A stretch of DNA of 64,000 bases from Octopus vulgaris (GCA_951406725.2 OX597817.1:36828001-36892000), one strand, 5' to 3'; counted from the first letter of the stretch, positions 25,250 to 38,589 are shown. The notes: generated from the sequence alone by a model not told the origin. Translations and numbers: made by a program.

Positions 25250-25525
25250 CATGGTGATTCAAAAGTCGCCATACATAGGAAAAATTTATCTTTTTATAAG
25301 AAACAGTTTATAAGAACAGTTTCTTTTTTTTATTTAATAGGCTCAATATAGTTGCCATTGTTTTGAATACACATTGCAATACTTTTATCCACTCATTGTG
25401 AACTCATAATAGGACATCTGGTGATACGTGTGCAAATGAGTTGGTAATGCGTTCCTGCAAATGATTTATGTTTTTTATCTTTCCACGATACACCATGCCT
25501 ATCAAATGCCCCCGGACATAAATGA
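25250..25525 (-). mobile_element. Tc1/mariner-superfamily transposon 3' remnant
   Basis: TIR-like TA|CATGGTGATTCAAAAGTCGCC at 25248-25270; minus strand encodes YVRGHLIGMVYRGKIKNINHLQERITNSFAHVSPDVLL*VHNEW..R IAMCIQNNGNYIEPIK*, matching the WG.LK..VY...L..RI...C....G..IE C-terminus of Tc1/mariner-type transposases. Confidence 0.7.
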
Positions 25526-25600
25526 TATAGAGCTGCCTGAAACACAAGAAGTAGAGAAAAGATAAGAAGTCGCAAACACCAGTGAGTTTAAAAGTGAGCT

Positions 25601-26380
25601 GGATCTTTCCCTTTTGAACGGCACTGTTCAACACAATTTCTAGTTAACTAAACACTTTTAAACTTCGTATACTGGTAGAATATGTTTATAAAACATCATT
25701 TTTTCTTGGCTTTGTTGAGAAAATTCAATATGTTGTAACATATTTTCACTTTAATTTAAAGCATTTCGGCAATTTTAACCAATCGCTGACCTCCATTGGG
25801 GTGAAAACATTCGTGCTGTATGAATATGTTCCTCGTTTAAGAAACAGATTGGGTTTATTTACATTTGAGAAGAAAAAAAATACCCTTCCCATAACCCTAA
25901 ATCTAAAATAGATTGAAATGCAATAGATCGATACTAGGGTTATGATTATGGGTGACAATTTCATACGACACCGCTACGGAAAATGGGATCTTTTTCTAGC
26001 GGTGTCAAATGAAAATGTCACCCATAATTATAACCCTAGTATCGATCTATTGTATTTCAATCTATTTTAGATTTAGGGTTAGGGTGGGGGATGGGTATCT
26101 TTTTTTCTTCGCAAATGCAAATAAACCCAATCTGTTTCTTAAGCGAAGGACGTATTCATACAGCACGGAATGTTTTCACCCCAAATGGAGGTCAGCGATT
26201 GGTTAAAATTGCCGAAATGCTCGAAATTTCAGACGAAATATCTTACAAACTATAGAATTTTCTCAATAAAGCCAAGAAAACATGATGTTTTATAAACACA
26301 TTCTACCCATATACGAAGTTTAAAAGTGTTTAGTTAACTAGAAATTGTGTTGACATGTGCCGTTCAAAAGGAAAAGATCC
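25601..26380. mobile_element. Two ~390-bp MITE-like units in inverted orientation (780-bp fold-back)
   Basis: GGATCTTTCCCTTTTGAACGGCAC... at 25601 and ...GTGCCGTTCAAAAGGAAAAGATCC at 26380; whole interiors are mutually reverse-complementary (the ORF track shows near-identical peptides on opposite strands); second GGATC end at 25986. Confidence 0.8.
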
Positions 26381-26679
26381 CTTTTCTCAAATGCCTATTT
26401 TTATTTTTAGTTCGTCGAATTTTATGTTGTTTCTCGTTGTGCATTGCCTGTAGATGTTGTATTTGTCTTAAAGATTTCGATGTACGCCTGTTAATAGGTA
26501 ATAAAAAAATAACGAAAATTAAACATCAGACTTTAATATTAACGTTTCCAATTTTTTAAAAAAAGGAATCAAAAGTAAAATGATGGGGCCCGGATGTGGA
26601 GCCCAGCGTCATCATTACATCTTTCATCTACCCACATGTTTGTATTGTCCTTTATTGTACCCCTTGTGGGTAATAATTC

Positions 26680-27100
26680 AGAATCGTTAGCGTGTAGGTC
26701 GAAATGCTTAGCGATATTTCACTCGTCGCTACGTTCTGAGTTCAAATTCCGCCGAGGTCGACTTTGTCTTTCGTCCTTTCAGAGTCGATACATTAAGTAC
26801 CAGTGAAACACTGGGGTCGATATAATCGACTAGTCCCCTCCCCCAAAATCCAATGCCTTGTGCCTCCAGTAGAAAGTATTATTACTATAATTATCAAGGC
26901 GGCAAGCTGGCAGAATCGTTAGGCGAAATGCTTAGCGGCATTTCGTCTGCCGCTTCGTTCCGAGTTCAAATTCCGCCGAGGGCGACTTTGCCTTTCATCC
27001 TTTCAGGGTCTATGAATTAAATACTAGTGAAACACTGCTGTCTATGTAATCGATTTAATCTCGTCCCCAAGCTTCCCTAGTGGCAAAATTTGAAACCATT
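26680..27100 (+). mobile_element. Two tandem SINE family A copies
   Basis: 26680-26880 (tail TGCCTCCAGTAGAAAG) and 26897-27100 (tail GGCAAAATTTGAAACC), separated and followed by (ATT)n. Confidence 0.8.
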
Positions 27101-27261
27101 ATTATTACAATTATTTATTTGTACGAGAATTTGATCATAATTTTACTCGTGTGTGCATACACTATTTTTGTGCTGGTGATGCTGTAGATAGACATATGCT
27201 TTTTTTAACGGTTATCTATGCTGCAACAATTAACATTGTCTCTTGAGATGTTATCTATCAT

Positions 27262-27512
27262 CACACTATTGGTCCGGAGGGGGGGTTAAACCCCCCCCCG
27301 GAATTTTCACACAAAAAAGAACTCTGATTTTTTGCGTGGAATCAAGTACTGTGACCTCGTAATATGCTGTAAATCCCATATTTGGGTTCGGAAGGGTGTT
27401 GGGGGCTGCCTCCCCACCCTTCCGAACCCAAATATGGGATTTACAGCATAGCATATTACGAGGTCACAGAACTTGATTCCAAGCAAAAAATCATTTTTTT
27501 TTTAGTGAAAAT
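27262..27512. repeat. Long near-perfect inverted repeat plus GC-rich mini-hairpin, probably DNA-transposon/MITE derived
   Basis: Arms 27303-27397 and 27416-27512 (GGAATCAAGT.CTGTGACCTCGTAATATGCTGTAAATCCCATATTTGGGTTCGGAAGGGTG and its complement); CCGG.G7-TTAA-A-C9-GG hairpin at 27274-27301. Confidence 0.75.
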
Positions 27513-30500
27513 CGTGCGGCTGTTAATCTGTAATTTTACCGTAATTTCATCTTAAGGAATCGTATAAAATATTTACTGCGTATTGTATCACTGTACATTA
27601 TACAGCTACACTGTACCTTATATCATTCTATTTACAACGTTGGGGTGGGAGGTTATCCTTTCCTGTCTCTCAAAGACCCTATCGTGACTTTATTTCCATT
27701 TATCTTCAGGTTTCACCAGTTTATCGAACGGTTTTTCGCATATGAAAACTTTTAAGTCTTGAGATATTCAACCCGTTTACATCACACCAAACGTTACGAG
27801 AGCATTAACCAACTCTCCTTATTTCCTCACCAAAGTAACTACAACTCTTGGGTCAGCGTTCTCTCTGTGACTTTTACTGAGGCTTTCATATTACTTCAAC
27901 TCAAATACTATGCTCTATTCGTACACAGCTAAGCACTACTCGCTCTGCCTCTTCCCTGTATCTAATAAATACATAAAAACTGCCATTTACCCTTCATCGC
28001 TCGAAGAATGAATTCCCACTCCACTATCGGCAAAGGTTACCTCAAACTTTTCTTCGCGGAGTACAATGAAACCTTTTGAAATGTAGGTTATTTTCATTTC
28101 CTTGTGCGCTTGTGACAGATTACAGTCAGAAAGGCATTTATTTTTTTTATAACAATGTAACAAAGATTATCTTTTATCATATTCGCACTCTGTCTTTTTT
28201 ATTAACAAAAGGCGTATCTTGCTTTTAACTAAATATACCTTCAACTAACAATCATGAAAACATACTATAATTTAAAATATATATTTAAAAATTCTTTCGT
28301 AAAACCTATGTATGCATGTAAGTATTATTGTTAGTATTGGTAATGTTGCTAAAAGCGTCGTGAAAATTATACCCCTTTGCATCAATGTCCATTAAAACAT
28401 AACATTTTGTTTCAAAATGAGTATGTTCTACTGTACAATATTTTTTGCACATCTTTATGTTGCCAATGAAGTTTATCTATGGAGGCACATTACATTAACC
28501 TCTCGCCGAAAGTTTGTGCTAAATGTAAGCATGTTAAAAATGTTTTGAAGAAGCGATATGTAGCTCGTTTTGCCAAGAGAAAAGACAAGCCCAAACAACA
28601 ACAGTATATGAACGTCCTTTTTCCGCTGAAAGCAGTTGGATATAGATTATTCCTACACACAAAACATGAAACGTTAATGGGGGGTGGTGGCTTAAAACGA
28701 CGTGTAATATGGGGGAAAATCGTATGAAAACGAGATGAGTGAGATGCTATGCAATAAATATTTTACCTTTTTAGTCAGGATGGAATGTAGTGTCCATAGA
28801 AATTAAGGAGAAAGAAGGAGAAAGATACCTTCAAACCGGTGTTAAATAAAGCAACGGATTAAGTCTACAACTGGAGGTTTGTAGCAGAATTACTACTTGG
28901 TATTCCTAAAAATTCTACCAATTCTCCACCTTCGATTAGTATTTATTTTTTTCTTATGAATCTCGAAAGGAGGAAAAGCAAAGTTTACCGGACGGAATTT
29001 GAGCTCAGATATCTGAGAGTCACAAGAAATACTACGAAGCGTTCTGTCTGACGCTCAACCGACTCGGCTAAATCATAGTCTTTTTAAACGCTTTTGCCAA
29101 TTCAGTAAATTTGAAATTGTATGGTAAACAATTGCATAGAATAATAAAAAATATGCAACAAAAGATATACGAAAATCTAAATTCTATCTTTTTTAATCAG
29201 AACATTCCGCAATCCTGATTGTGTTTTATTTCCAAATTCCTTACTTTGTTGATTAGGTCACTCCTTTTCCATGAACTCTTTCAGCTCAGTAAATCCATAA
29301 TCCTCCGTGATCAGGGAGGGCAAATAAGTTACCACGTCTTACGACTGATTGACTTGTTATATAAAGAGAGGAAACATGAGCACAATAGCAATGGCCGATC
29401 CTGTCTGTGCTTTTGTGGTCTGATCGCATTGTTTGCTTGATTAGGAAATGGTATCGATAAATTGTAAAGAAAGTCTTCTTGCAATTATGTTTCTTACATC
29501 AATCTTTTGTTTGGTCATGCAAAGAAGCTTTGAATATCATTTTTTTTTTTTTGAGAAGCTGGTGGGGATGTCGTCGTGAGTGATAAGAATTCTTTTATAT
29601 TTCCATTTTTTATTTGTATTTTTTTTTCTAATTTTGTTAATCTCCCGAAAAAGTCTACTGTCTGCTTGATCTTGCGGTTTCTCTTACTCACAAGTAGAGG
29701 GGGTAGAATTTCTATGAAGTGAAATTAATTTCGACAACTACCTGTTGTTGTTGTTATGCTTATAAATGTTACCCTCTCCTTCCATCTCATCCTCATCACC
29801 TGGAGAAGGTAGACTCTCGGCTTCTTAGTTAACTCCAAGAACTAAAGAGGGACTGATCGCCTACTACTTCTTCAGAGCTTCACCAAGAGCTACAGAGGAG
29901 TTGATGCCTCCGTAGTTTGTAGAAAGCCCTTAGATGGCTTTTACTATTATATGTATATCAGCGGGCTTTCATCTCTGAAAGATTAGTTCTGAAGTCTTCC
30001 CCTATATAGTGTAACACTAGTTCTGTAGGTATGGTGACTATGATCATCTATATTCAGAGTCACCACACCTAACATTGACATTCACGTCTGTGCTGATATC
30101 TGCTGATGCTGTGACACAGAATCGACAATCTTCCCAGGGGGCAACGTCCCTTGTTTGATGGTAGGCACACATACATGCCTCTCAAACCATAGACATGTTA
30201 TTTTTCCTCCGGTAGCCCGATGAGAGCTTCTGTCAGAGAGTCGCATATTTTAAAAACATAATACCTCCACATACTTTCTTTAGTCAGACTTCTTATTTGA
30301 ATGTACACCAATAAACTATGGAGTCATATACTTTTGTTTGACAAAGTATATCTGATTGTGCGTATATTATTTTGGTACAGTTGTTATTGTCAAATACACC
30401 CATAGGTTTCTCTTAACACACACATCTAGCACACCAACACAGTTAAGAAGACGCAGATATTCACAATCGAACTTATTATTGAGTTGGTTCTAGAAAGCAA

Positions 30501-30910
30501 CCCCAGGTTTAGTGAACCTATCGACACATCACAACATATTGCTTCGATAGACAATCTCACATACACAGATATACGCATAAATAAATATAAGCGCTAACAG
30601 CCACAAAGACATACAGCTAATTATAAGTTCAATGGTTCAACCGACACTTCGGGACATTTTTAGCGTAAATCTTTTAACGAGAAAGAAAAAACAATAATAG
30701 TAGTCATCTTACCTGGCGGACTTTAATATATAATCAGAATATAATTTCAATATAATTTCTGCAAATATTGCGAACAATTAGTATAAAAAGTGTTTTCATG
30801 GAGTGATATCATTTATTTTGTTTGTCATTGTTTTAGTCTTTCGACGATGTTGGTTCAGTTTAGGGGAAAAGGTCTTGAATGCGTTTGTGGGCCAACCGAA
30901 TATTATTTTT

Positions 30911-31267
30911 TCTTTCTTTTATTCTTTCAGTCATGTGACTGCGCCTTTAGTCGAGCAAATCGACGCCAGGACTTATTCTTTGTAAGCCTGGTATTTATTC
31001 TATCGGTCTCTCTTGCCAAACCGCTAAGTTACAGCATCTGTTGTCAATCGATGTTGGAGGACAAACATACACACACACACACATATATATATATATATGT
31101 GTACGACGGGCTTCTTTCAGTTTCCGTCTACCAAATCCATTGACAAGGCTTTGGTTGGCCCGAAGCTATAATAGAAGACACTTGCTCAAGGTGCCACGCA
31201 GTGGGACTGAACCTAGAACCATGTAGTTAGTAAGCAAGCTACTTACCACACAGCCACTCCTGCGCCT
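30911..31267 (-). mobile_element. SINE family B copy
   Basis: Reverse complement of 63626-64000 incl. CACAGCCACTCCTGCGCC head and CAGTCA.GTGACTG tail hairpin. Confidence 0.85.
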
Positions 31268-31294
31268 ATATGAAATTTTCCACCCATAAAATAC

Positions 31295-31524
31295 TATTGG
31301 GTTGGTGAATAATTATTGCAGCTTTTTTCAACATAAACAACAACAATATGTAACAAAAACATCTTTAAATGATTATTCCGGAGCATATTCACCATTACTT
31401 CAATTATTGCTTCCCATTTGCTTGGCAGACGGTCATGCCGTCATTTAAAGATGTTTTTGTTAAATATTGTTATTGTTTTTGCTGAATAAAATTTGTTGAA
31501 AAAAAGCCGCACCAGCCAAATAAT
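31295..31524 (-). mobile_element. Mariner-derived MITE / deletion derivative
   Basis: TA|TTGGGTTGGTGAATAATTATTGCAGCTTTTTTCAACA TIR, inverted counterpart TGTTGAAAAAAAGCCGCA at the right; inside, minus strand encodes DRLPSKWEAIIE..NGEYAPE*, typical mariner transposase C-terminus. Confidence 0.7.
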
Positions 31525-32077
31525 ATTTTTTTTTTTTTTACGTTATAAAAATTTAGAGATTTCGAGAGAACGTGAAATAATCTATTTTCAGCGACTGAAC
31601 TCGAAATAGTTAAATCTATAAATAATAGCGTGTAAATAAAATACTGGGTAAAAATAAGAAACCCAGAAGTTACATGCTATTAGTTACTAGTAATATTTTT
31701 GTTAAGCATTTCATCATGCAGCACCCATAACCCTGTATTTTTCGGATCCTGCGAGGCTGGTGGGAAGAAGATGGGGAGTATACATGTAACGGTGTTATTT
31801 CTAATTAATGCATCAAAACCAGGTAGTGGTATGTATGTGCGTAATCGGGTAACGAATTAAGTCAACTACCCAAGAATTTATAATGCAAGAAACCGGAGTA
31901 AGTACTACACAGTGCCTCGCTCGACATTAATAATTGCGCCAGTCCGCCACAAAAAAAAAAAAAAACATTACGTAGCGATCCAGAAATGATGAAAGGCATA
32001 GTTGACCACCGTGGCTATTTTTAGTTATGTTGTTTTCTTTCATTTTAATTTACTAATAGATAAATACCAACATTGGT

Positions 32078-32139
32078 TCCTTAAATCCTCAAAAATGTTT
32101 TAGCCCGAAGGCCGCGGCCATTTTGGGGCACCACCGCTG
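32078..32139 (-). mobile_element. ~60-bp extreme 3' fragment of LINE B
   Basis: AAAAATGTTTTAGCCCGAAGGCCGCGGCCATTTTGGGGCACCACCGCTG nearly identical to 40928-40976. Confidence 0.85.
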
Positions 32140-33141
32140 TATATGATGAAATTATTTAGCCCCTGGTCATTCCTGACCATCCAAGAGAGATATGATCAAT
32201 GTAATTCCAAACAATCCTATGTCGTTTTTTAATTTAAGAATTTAATTTAATTTTCGTTTTTAATGTAATTTCCTTTGAGGAGGGATTTGACTGCTCTGTC
32301 TAGGAGACCAAGTGACCACCACATAGCAGCTCCTTTGCTGCATCGGCTTCAAACGAATTTCTAATCACGCTAAATTTAAAATCCCCTACCCCGACCAAAT
32401 AGTTAACATTTAATTCTTCGCGTTGTTCCACTTAATGTTGAGTTGCCAAAAGATTAAAATATTCTTTAAGTAAAGAACATTTACGTGACTGGTTTTCGAA
32501 AGACGAACAGTGATACGGAGATTTGACTTTATAATATATACTCATTCTTATACACACACAGACGATTATAGAAAATCATGTGAACTATTATAAGAAAGAC
32601 ACATCGCCAGAATAATATAATGAGACAGAGAGAGAGGAAAAGATAAGAATTAAACTATGCACACATTTGCATTCTCCTATTTGAATCGTGAATTGTATTC
32701 GGATAAGGTTCGCCTCATCTGAAGCAGCAGGATGGCATTTACAGCTATATGTTGGCATTTGTAGCAGCTTTTTATCGTGATGAACACTGCACACGGCGCT
32801 TTGACAGAAGTTACCTAATTGCATTCTTTAACTGCATAACTAAAAGAGACAGTTACATAAGACTGTATATACATATATACATCTATATATATATATGAAG
32901 CAGATATTTTGTTGCAGAGCAATTACCTTACTTAGACATATACACACGCATGTATACGAGTGTGTTCATATGAGTTGATAGTTACAATCGATCATTATGT
33001 TGATTTTATGAAAGATTCATATATGGGTCCGTGCTCGTGTTTACACATATGCAAATAAAATAGTCACTATATAAAATAGTCACAGATATATTGAAAACAT
33101 ATCTGATTTTTGCATGATAGCATATGTATGTAATATACATA

Positions 33142-33184
<43 letters not shown>

Positions 33185-34772
33185 TGGCGATGAAAGGGAA
33201 AATAGAACTCAAAACGGCTGTGTGTATGTAATGTGTGTATATACATATATAGGGTGACCATAAAGTTTGGTTAGATAGGAAATATTCAATTGTAACCGAG
33301 TAACGGATGAAACGAAGGAAAAATGTGTTATGCCTTAGGTCTTTGCCAACCCCAATGTATGCAGACTTTACGGTCATAGTGTGTGTGTATAATCAAGTGG
33401 ATGATTCACACCTTCGCTACTCGTAGTTTTTCTTTCATATGCTTTCATTCAGGTGATGATAAGAGTAATCAGCTGTCTGAAATCTGAAACATGATCGATG
33501 CCATCGTTATTCAATGAAGAGTTTTGGTCAAGTGTTATTGCTTGGGGAAGCTAGAGCGAAATAGTGAGTAGCGTTGACTTACTATCAGTGGTTCTCAGCA
33601 GAAGTGATCGAATTGTGTCTCTCTCTCTCTCATAACAGGAGAGTAACTCTGAGCAATCACCAGTTTTGAAAGAATGAATAGACTCTACATACGAAAGTAG
33701 ATAGGTATGTATATGTACACATACAAGCTTGAGCATGCCAACACGACAGTATCGTATGTAGCGTAGATATTATTTTTGTTTGTGCATGGTAGTTAATTCG
33801 TGCATATGTATAAATGTGTCTTGGTACTCTTCATTTTATTTCAGTTTTCATTTACAATTTATTTCACAAACGTCCTTTATTATTTAATGCTCTACATTCT
33901 ACTCATAAATAGACTTTTGCCAATAAAATCCTGTAATAAACATAGTGTCAGTCTAGCATTTCATATTGTCTCTCTAAAGCTTTATTTTATTTTTGCTTCC
34001 AGACTTCAAATATTTCTCTCACGCATCTCTCTTGGAAATCATTTTCATAGTATCGATGTTACCGCTTTCCTTTTCCTGTGTATTTTCACTCTGCGCACAT
34101 GGATTTTACGATCGGAAGGACGTCCTGATGGAAAACAAATTATTTTAAAATAAAATGAGATCTATGTATTTTGTCGTAATTGTTCGGCCGCCCAACTTGG
34201 CAGGATAGAACGGATGTAGAATAAAAGGCGTCACAGACGCGCCCAGCCTTTGTTTTGTATATTGTCAACAATATTGTCCAAAGTGTCCTCCACATTATAT
34301 GGTGTGTGATTTAAAGGAGCTTTGACTGTAAGTTCTAACAGAACGAGCGGCTACTCAGACGCAGCGCCGTTTAACTATTACATGCAGAGTTATCTAATTG
34401 TCGTGTATATATGCGTTAGCTCAAGGAAACATGTAGCAAAATGCGCACAAAATGCGATTACTAACATATACTTGCTATTTAAATTCTGTGTAAAGGTATT
34501 ATCTATTCTGTTTAATACACTCTAACATTAAAAAAAAAATGCTTCATATTGGTTAGATAATTATGCCGCAAGAAAAAATATCCCGGGAATGAAATATGAT
34601 TGACAACTGCTAAAATTTTCAACATACAAGGTTATGTAGCCATCCGTTGAGACAAGCAAATACACACAGACACATATATAGAGAGATAGCTAGATAGATA
34701 GAGATAGATAGATAGATATTTAGATAGATCTATCGATATGCATGTAATTTCATGATGATTATGCGTGAGGAT

Positions 34773-35172
34773 AAGGCGGTGAGCTGACAGAAACGTTAGC
34801 ACGCCGGGCGAAATGCTTTGCAGTATTTCGTCTGCTGCTACTTTCTGAGTTCAAATTTCGCCAAGGTCGACTTTGCCTTTCATCATTTCGGGATCGATTA
34901 AATAAGTACCAGTTACGCACTGGAGTCGATATAATTAACTTAATCCGTTTGTCTGTCCTTGTTTGTCCTCTCTGTGTTTAGCCCCTTGTGGGTAGTAAAG
35001 AAAGAGGTATTTTGTCCGTCTTTATGGTCCGAGTTCAAGTTCCGCTGAAGTCGACTTTGCATTTCATTCTTTCGGGGTTGATTAACTAAGTACCAGTTGA
35101 GCACTAGGGTCAATGCAATGGACTTACCCCTTTCCCCTAAATTGCTACCCTGGTGCCAAAATTAGAAACCAA
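34773..35172 (+). mobile_element. SINE family A dimeric copy
   Basis: AAGGCGGTGAGCTGACAGAAACGTTAGCACGCCGGGCG head; first unit ends CCCCTTGTGGGTAGTAAAGAAA, second ends GGTGCCAAAATTAGAAACC. Confidence 0.85.
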
Positions 35173-35839
35173 TATTGATTGTTATGATGCTGAAGTGAAT
35201 GGGTGATGAAAGATATCTATCATAATCCTTTTCTCAAATATTCTGGTTTCATGTCAATAAAACTCACCATTAATTTTATCACTGTCATTTCAATAGGTAC
35301 TGAGATTTTTGATTCATTACTACTTTATAAATTTTTCTGAAAAATTCTGTATTTTTTCCAGTTCTTTCTTAAATATATTCTGAATAAAGAATTACCAAGG
35401 GTCTGAACCAATTGTATTTCCAATATGATTAATGATATAAAAGTTAAGGCTTCGTAATTCTTAGAGAGTGCCAAATAGAAAGTCTGAAGTAACGTCTCCA
35501 CGTTAAATACTATAGCTCCTACTATCTATACTATGTATAATATAGGTCACACGTATTAAATCACCGCACCACTGCGCTTCATATATCATATACATCTGCG
35601 TATGTGTGTATGTGCTGTTTATAAAATGTAATTCAATACTTCGTGACAGTATAATTATATTTATTTGGTCGATGGCTACTGTTTTGCCGTTTACCAAACT
35701 ATTCAATTCGTAGATCGGAAGCGAGAGATTCGGATTAACTCTTTCTAAAGCTTCAGCCTTCAATAAATAAATTTTTTTTTTTCAGCTCAGAGCTGCGGCC
35801 ATGCTGATGCACCGCCGTTTTATATATAATATAATATAA

Positions 35840-36285
35840 TATATAAAAGGGCTTAGTAAAATAAATTACTTTGCCGCATACTGAACTCATTAGAAATAGC
35901 AGCTAAAAACTTTTTAAAAACCATTTCTAATACTTAAAGAAAATCTCTCTCATATATGCTTGCTTAACTCAACTCACGAAAGTTTGGGGTAAAGACATCA
36001 AACATTTTTGATGTTTTTGATGTCTTTACCCCCAAACTTTCGTGAGTTGAGTTAAGCAAGCACTATATGAGAGAGATTTTCTTTAAGTATTAGAAATGGT
36101 TTTTTAAAAAAGTTTTTTAGCTGCTATTTCTAATGAGTTCAGTATGCGGCAAAGTAATTTATTTTACTAAGCCCTTTTATATATTGTAATAATTTGAATT
36201 CGCCTTAAATGGTCCCTTTGCATACTGAACACTTGGTGAAATTGATTAATAATTAATTAATTTTACCCTCAATTGTTGAAATTAT
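35840..36285. repeat. ~170-bp-arm inverted repeat plus one-sided extension, flanked by TA-rich repeats
   Basis: ATATAAAAGGGCTTAGTAAAATAAATTAC... and ...GTAATTTATTTTACTAAGCCCTTTTATAT are reverse complements (35840-36184), then ~100 bp unique tail to (TA)n. Confidence 0.8.
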
Positions 36286-36286
36286 A

Positions 36287-36337
<51 letters not shown>

Positions 36338-36339
36338 TA

Positions 36340-36632
36340 TAATTATAATTTAGGGTATCTAAGAGATACTACCACGCTTGAAATAGCAGTCAAAACTTGA
36401 CTCTAAAACCACATTAAAACTTGACTCTAAAACCACCAGGTGGTATATGAACATTTAATGTGGTTTTAGAGTTAAGTTTTAACTGCTATTCCAAGCGTGG
36501 TTGTATCGCTTAGATACCCTAAATTATAATTTTAAATGATTATTACCTTTGAAAGGTTTTTATCCCCTTGCTGGACACCTGATAAGATCGGTATTTTTTA
36601 AATATCGATTTTATCCTTATTTATATAAATTT
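36340..36632. repeat. Second inverted repeat plus one-sided extension next to (TA)n
   Basis: AATTATAATTTAGGGTATCTAAG...AAAACCACATTAAA vs TTTAATGTGGTTTT...CTTAGATACCCTAAATTATAATT; tail to (TG)n. Confidence 0.75.
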
Positions 36633-38369
36633 ATGTGTGTGTGTGTGTGTTTGTCAAGTTTCATGTGATAAAACAATTTAACATTAAGCAAAAGAATCGC
36701 TCAATACTCTTTTGTAGTGTACATATTTATCAAACTTTTATTCGGAGAGGAGTGACAGTGACTTCGAAATTTAATATATATGTATGTGCAACAGAAGCAA
36801 TATTATTTTAAAATTCTAATCTGTGTATCATCCTTAATTGTATATCTATCTATCTACATACATACATACACGTGCGCGTACAAACTGGCGTAGCCAAGGC
36901 TTTAACACCAGCATTCTCAGTTATAATGGATCCCCCATAAGCCATGTAAACATTTGTTCATATAGATATTCATGTATTGCGTTCACATACATTTATACAA
37001 AGCGGCAATTTGGCAGAGTCGTAATAGCGTTGGACACAATCCCGCGAGTTATTAGTTCCAGGTCCCGCACATTGGAATCAAATCCAGCCGAAACCAAATT
37101 AACCTTTCTTCCTTTCGATATCGACCAACAAAGAGAAAATAAAATTATCAGTGTAGCAAGCTATGTTAGCAAAATTGTTAGAGGGCTCGGTCAAAGATAA
37201 CTTCCTGTATCTGTTTCCGCTTTTTGCATTCTGACAACGTCTGGTGTCAAAGCGTATCGAAACCCAGTTGGCAGCCATTTTCTTGGATAAACAACTGTGG
37301 CAAAGAGGGGAAGTACTTGTATGAATGACCAGCTGCTAGACTTCTACAACTCTTGCCAATTCCTGTACATAGATGTGCACGTGTGCAATGGCATATTCAT
37401 CCCTGTGTGATGGCGCGTGGCTTATTGGTTAGGGTACTCGACTCATGATCGTAAGATTGTGGTTTCGTTTCCTGGGCCGGGCGACACGCTGTCTTCTTGA
37501 TGAAAACATTTCACGTTGTTCCGTTCCACTCGGCTGGAAACCGGAAAACTGGCCCTTATAAGTTGACATAACTCGAGAAAGAAGGTAGAAGGACGTAAAC
37601 TCTGGTATATGTGTACATATGTAATTTGAAAATGGATGTGAGCTGAACCTGACAATCCCTGACTCAATCATGTGTGAGTGTGAAAGCACCACATACGCAC
37701 TCACGTTTAAATTTACAAACTTAATCTGAAATAGAGCTTAATGTAAAGCTGGTAACGGATTATATTTTGCCAGATCAGATCTTTATAAGAGTGACTTGAA
37801 AGTCAAATGTTTTTAGCCAAAGTTCTTAAGAAACTGTCTGTATATATGTCCGGATCTATGTGTTTATATATATTCAATTGTATATGCATGCTTCAAATAT
37901 CTTAGTGTTGAGTGACTTCTCACTACTTCATTTTTGTAAGCAAGACAGTAACGGTAGTAATAGCAACAGTCGCCATTGCTTTCGTGTGGCGCAAATTTAA
38001 ACTAAAGGTATTATGCACGGACCAATATGGCTGCTAATCTAGCTAGAAATAGCAGCGTACTTTCACAAACGAATGTCACATTAAACTATGTAGTCTTCGA
38101 TAAATAGACCGGTCGGGAACCCATCTAATATCAAACCGCGTGGGACCGCCTCTAGTCCTTTCGTACTAACTCCCTGTTTTAAGGTGACCTAAATTAAAAC
38201 CTATCGTAATTTCATATTAACTTATGTATTAAAAAGCAGCTTGATAATGACAAAGCTATTTCACTAAATCTTAATTTTCAAAATTAATTGAAATAGAAGC
38301 TGTGCATTTCAGCAGAAATATAACAAAATGGTTAATCGCAGATCATCTTAGTTCAGACTGACTAGGATT

Positions 38370-38589
38370 GACAGAAACGTTAGCACGCCGGGTGAAATGC
38401 ATAGCGGTATTTCGTCTGCCGCTATGTTCTGAGTTCAAATTCCGCTGAGGTCGACATTGCCTTTCATCCTTTCGGGGTCGATTAAATAAGTACAAGTTAC
38501 GCACTGAGGTCAATATAATCGACTTAATCCGTTTGTCTATCCTTGTTTCTCCTCTCTGTGTTTAACCCCTTGTGGGTAGTAAAGAAATA
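38370..38589 (+). mobile_element. SINE family A copy with 11-bp TSD
   Basis: TSD TGACTAGGATT at 38359-38369 and 38590-38600; body matches 1465-1700. Confidence 0.88.

Noticed and set aside
29770-30250. Possible decayed zinc-knuckle ORF on the minus strand
   Set aside because: Only scattered C/H residues across frames; no intact motif.
30708-30718. Strong minus-strand donor CAG|GTAAG
   Set aside because: No associated open exon or acceptor identified; such motifs occur by chance in 64 kb.
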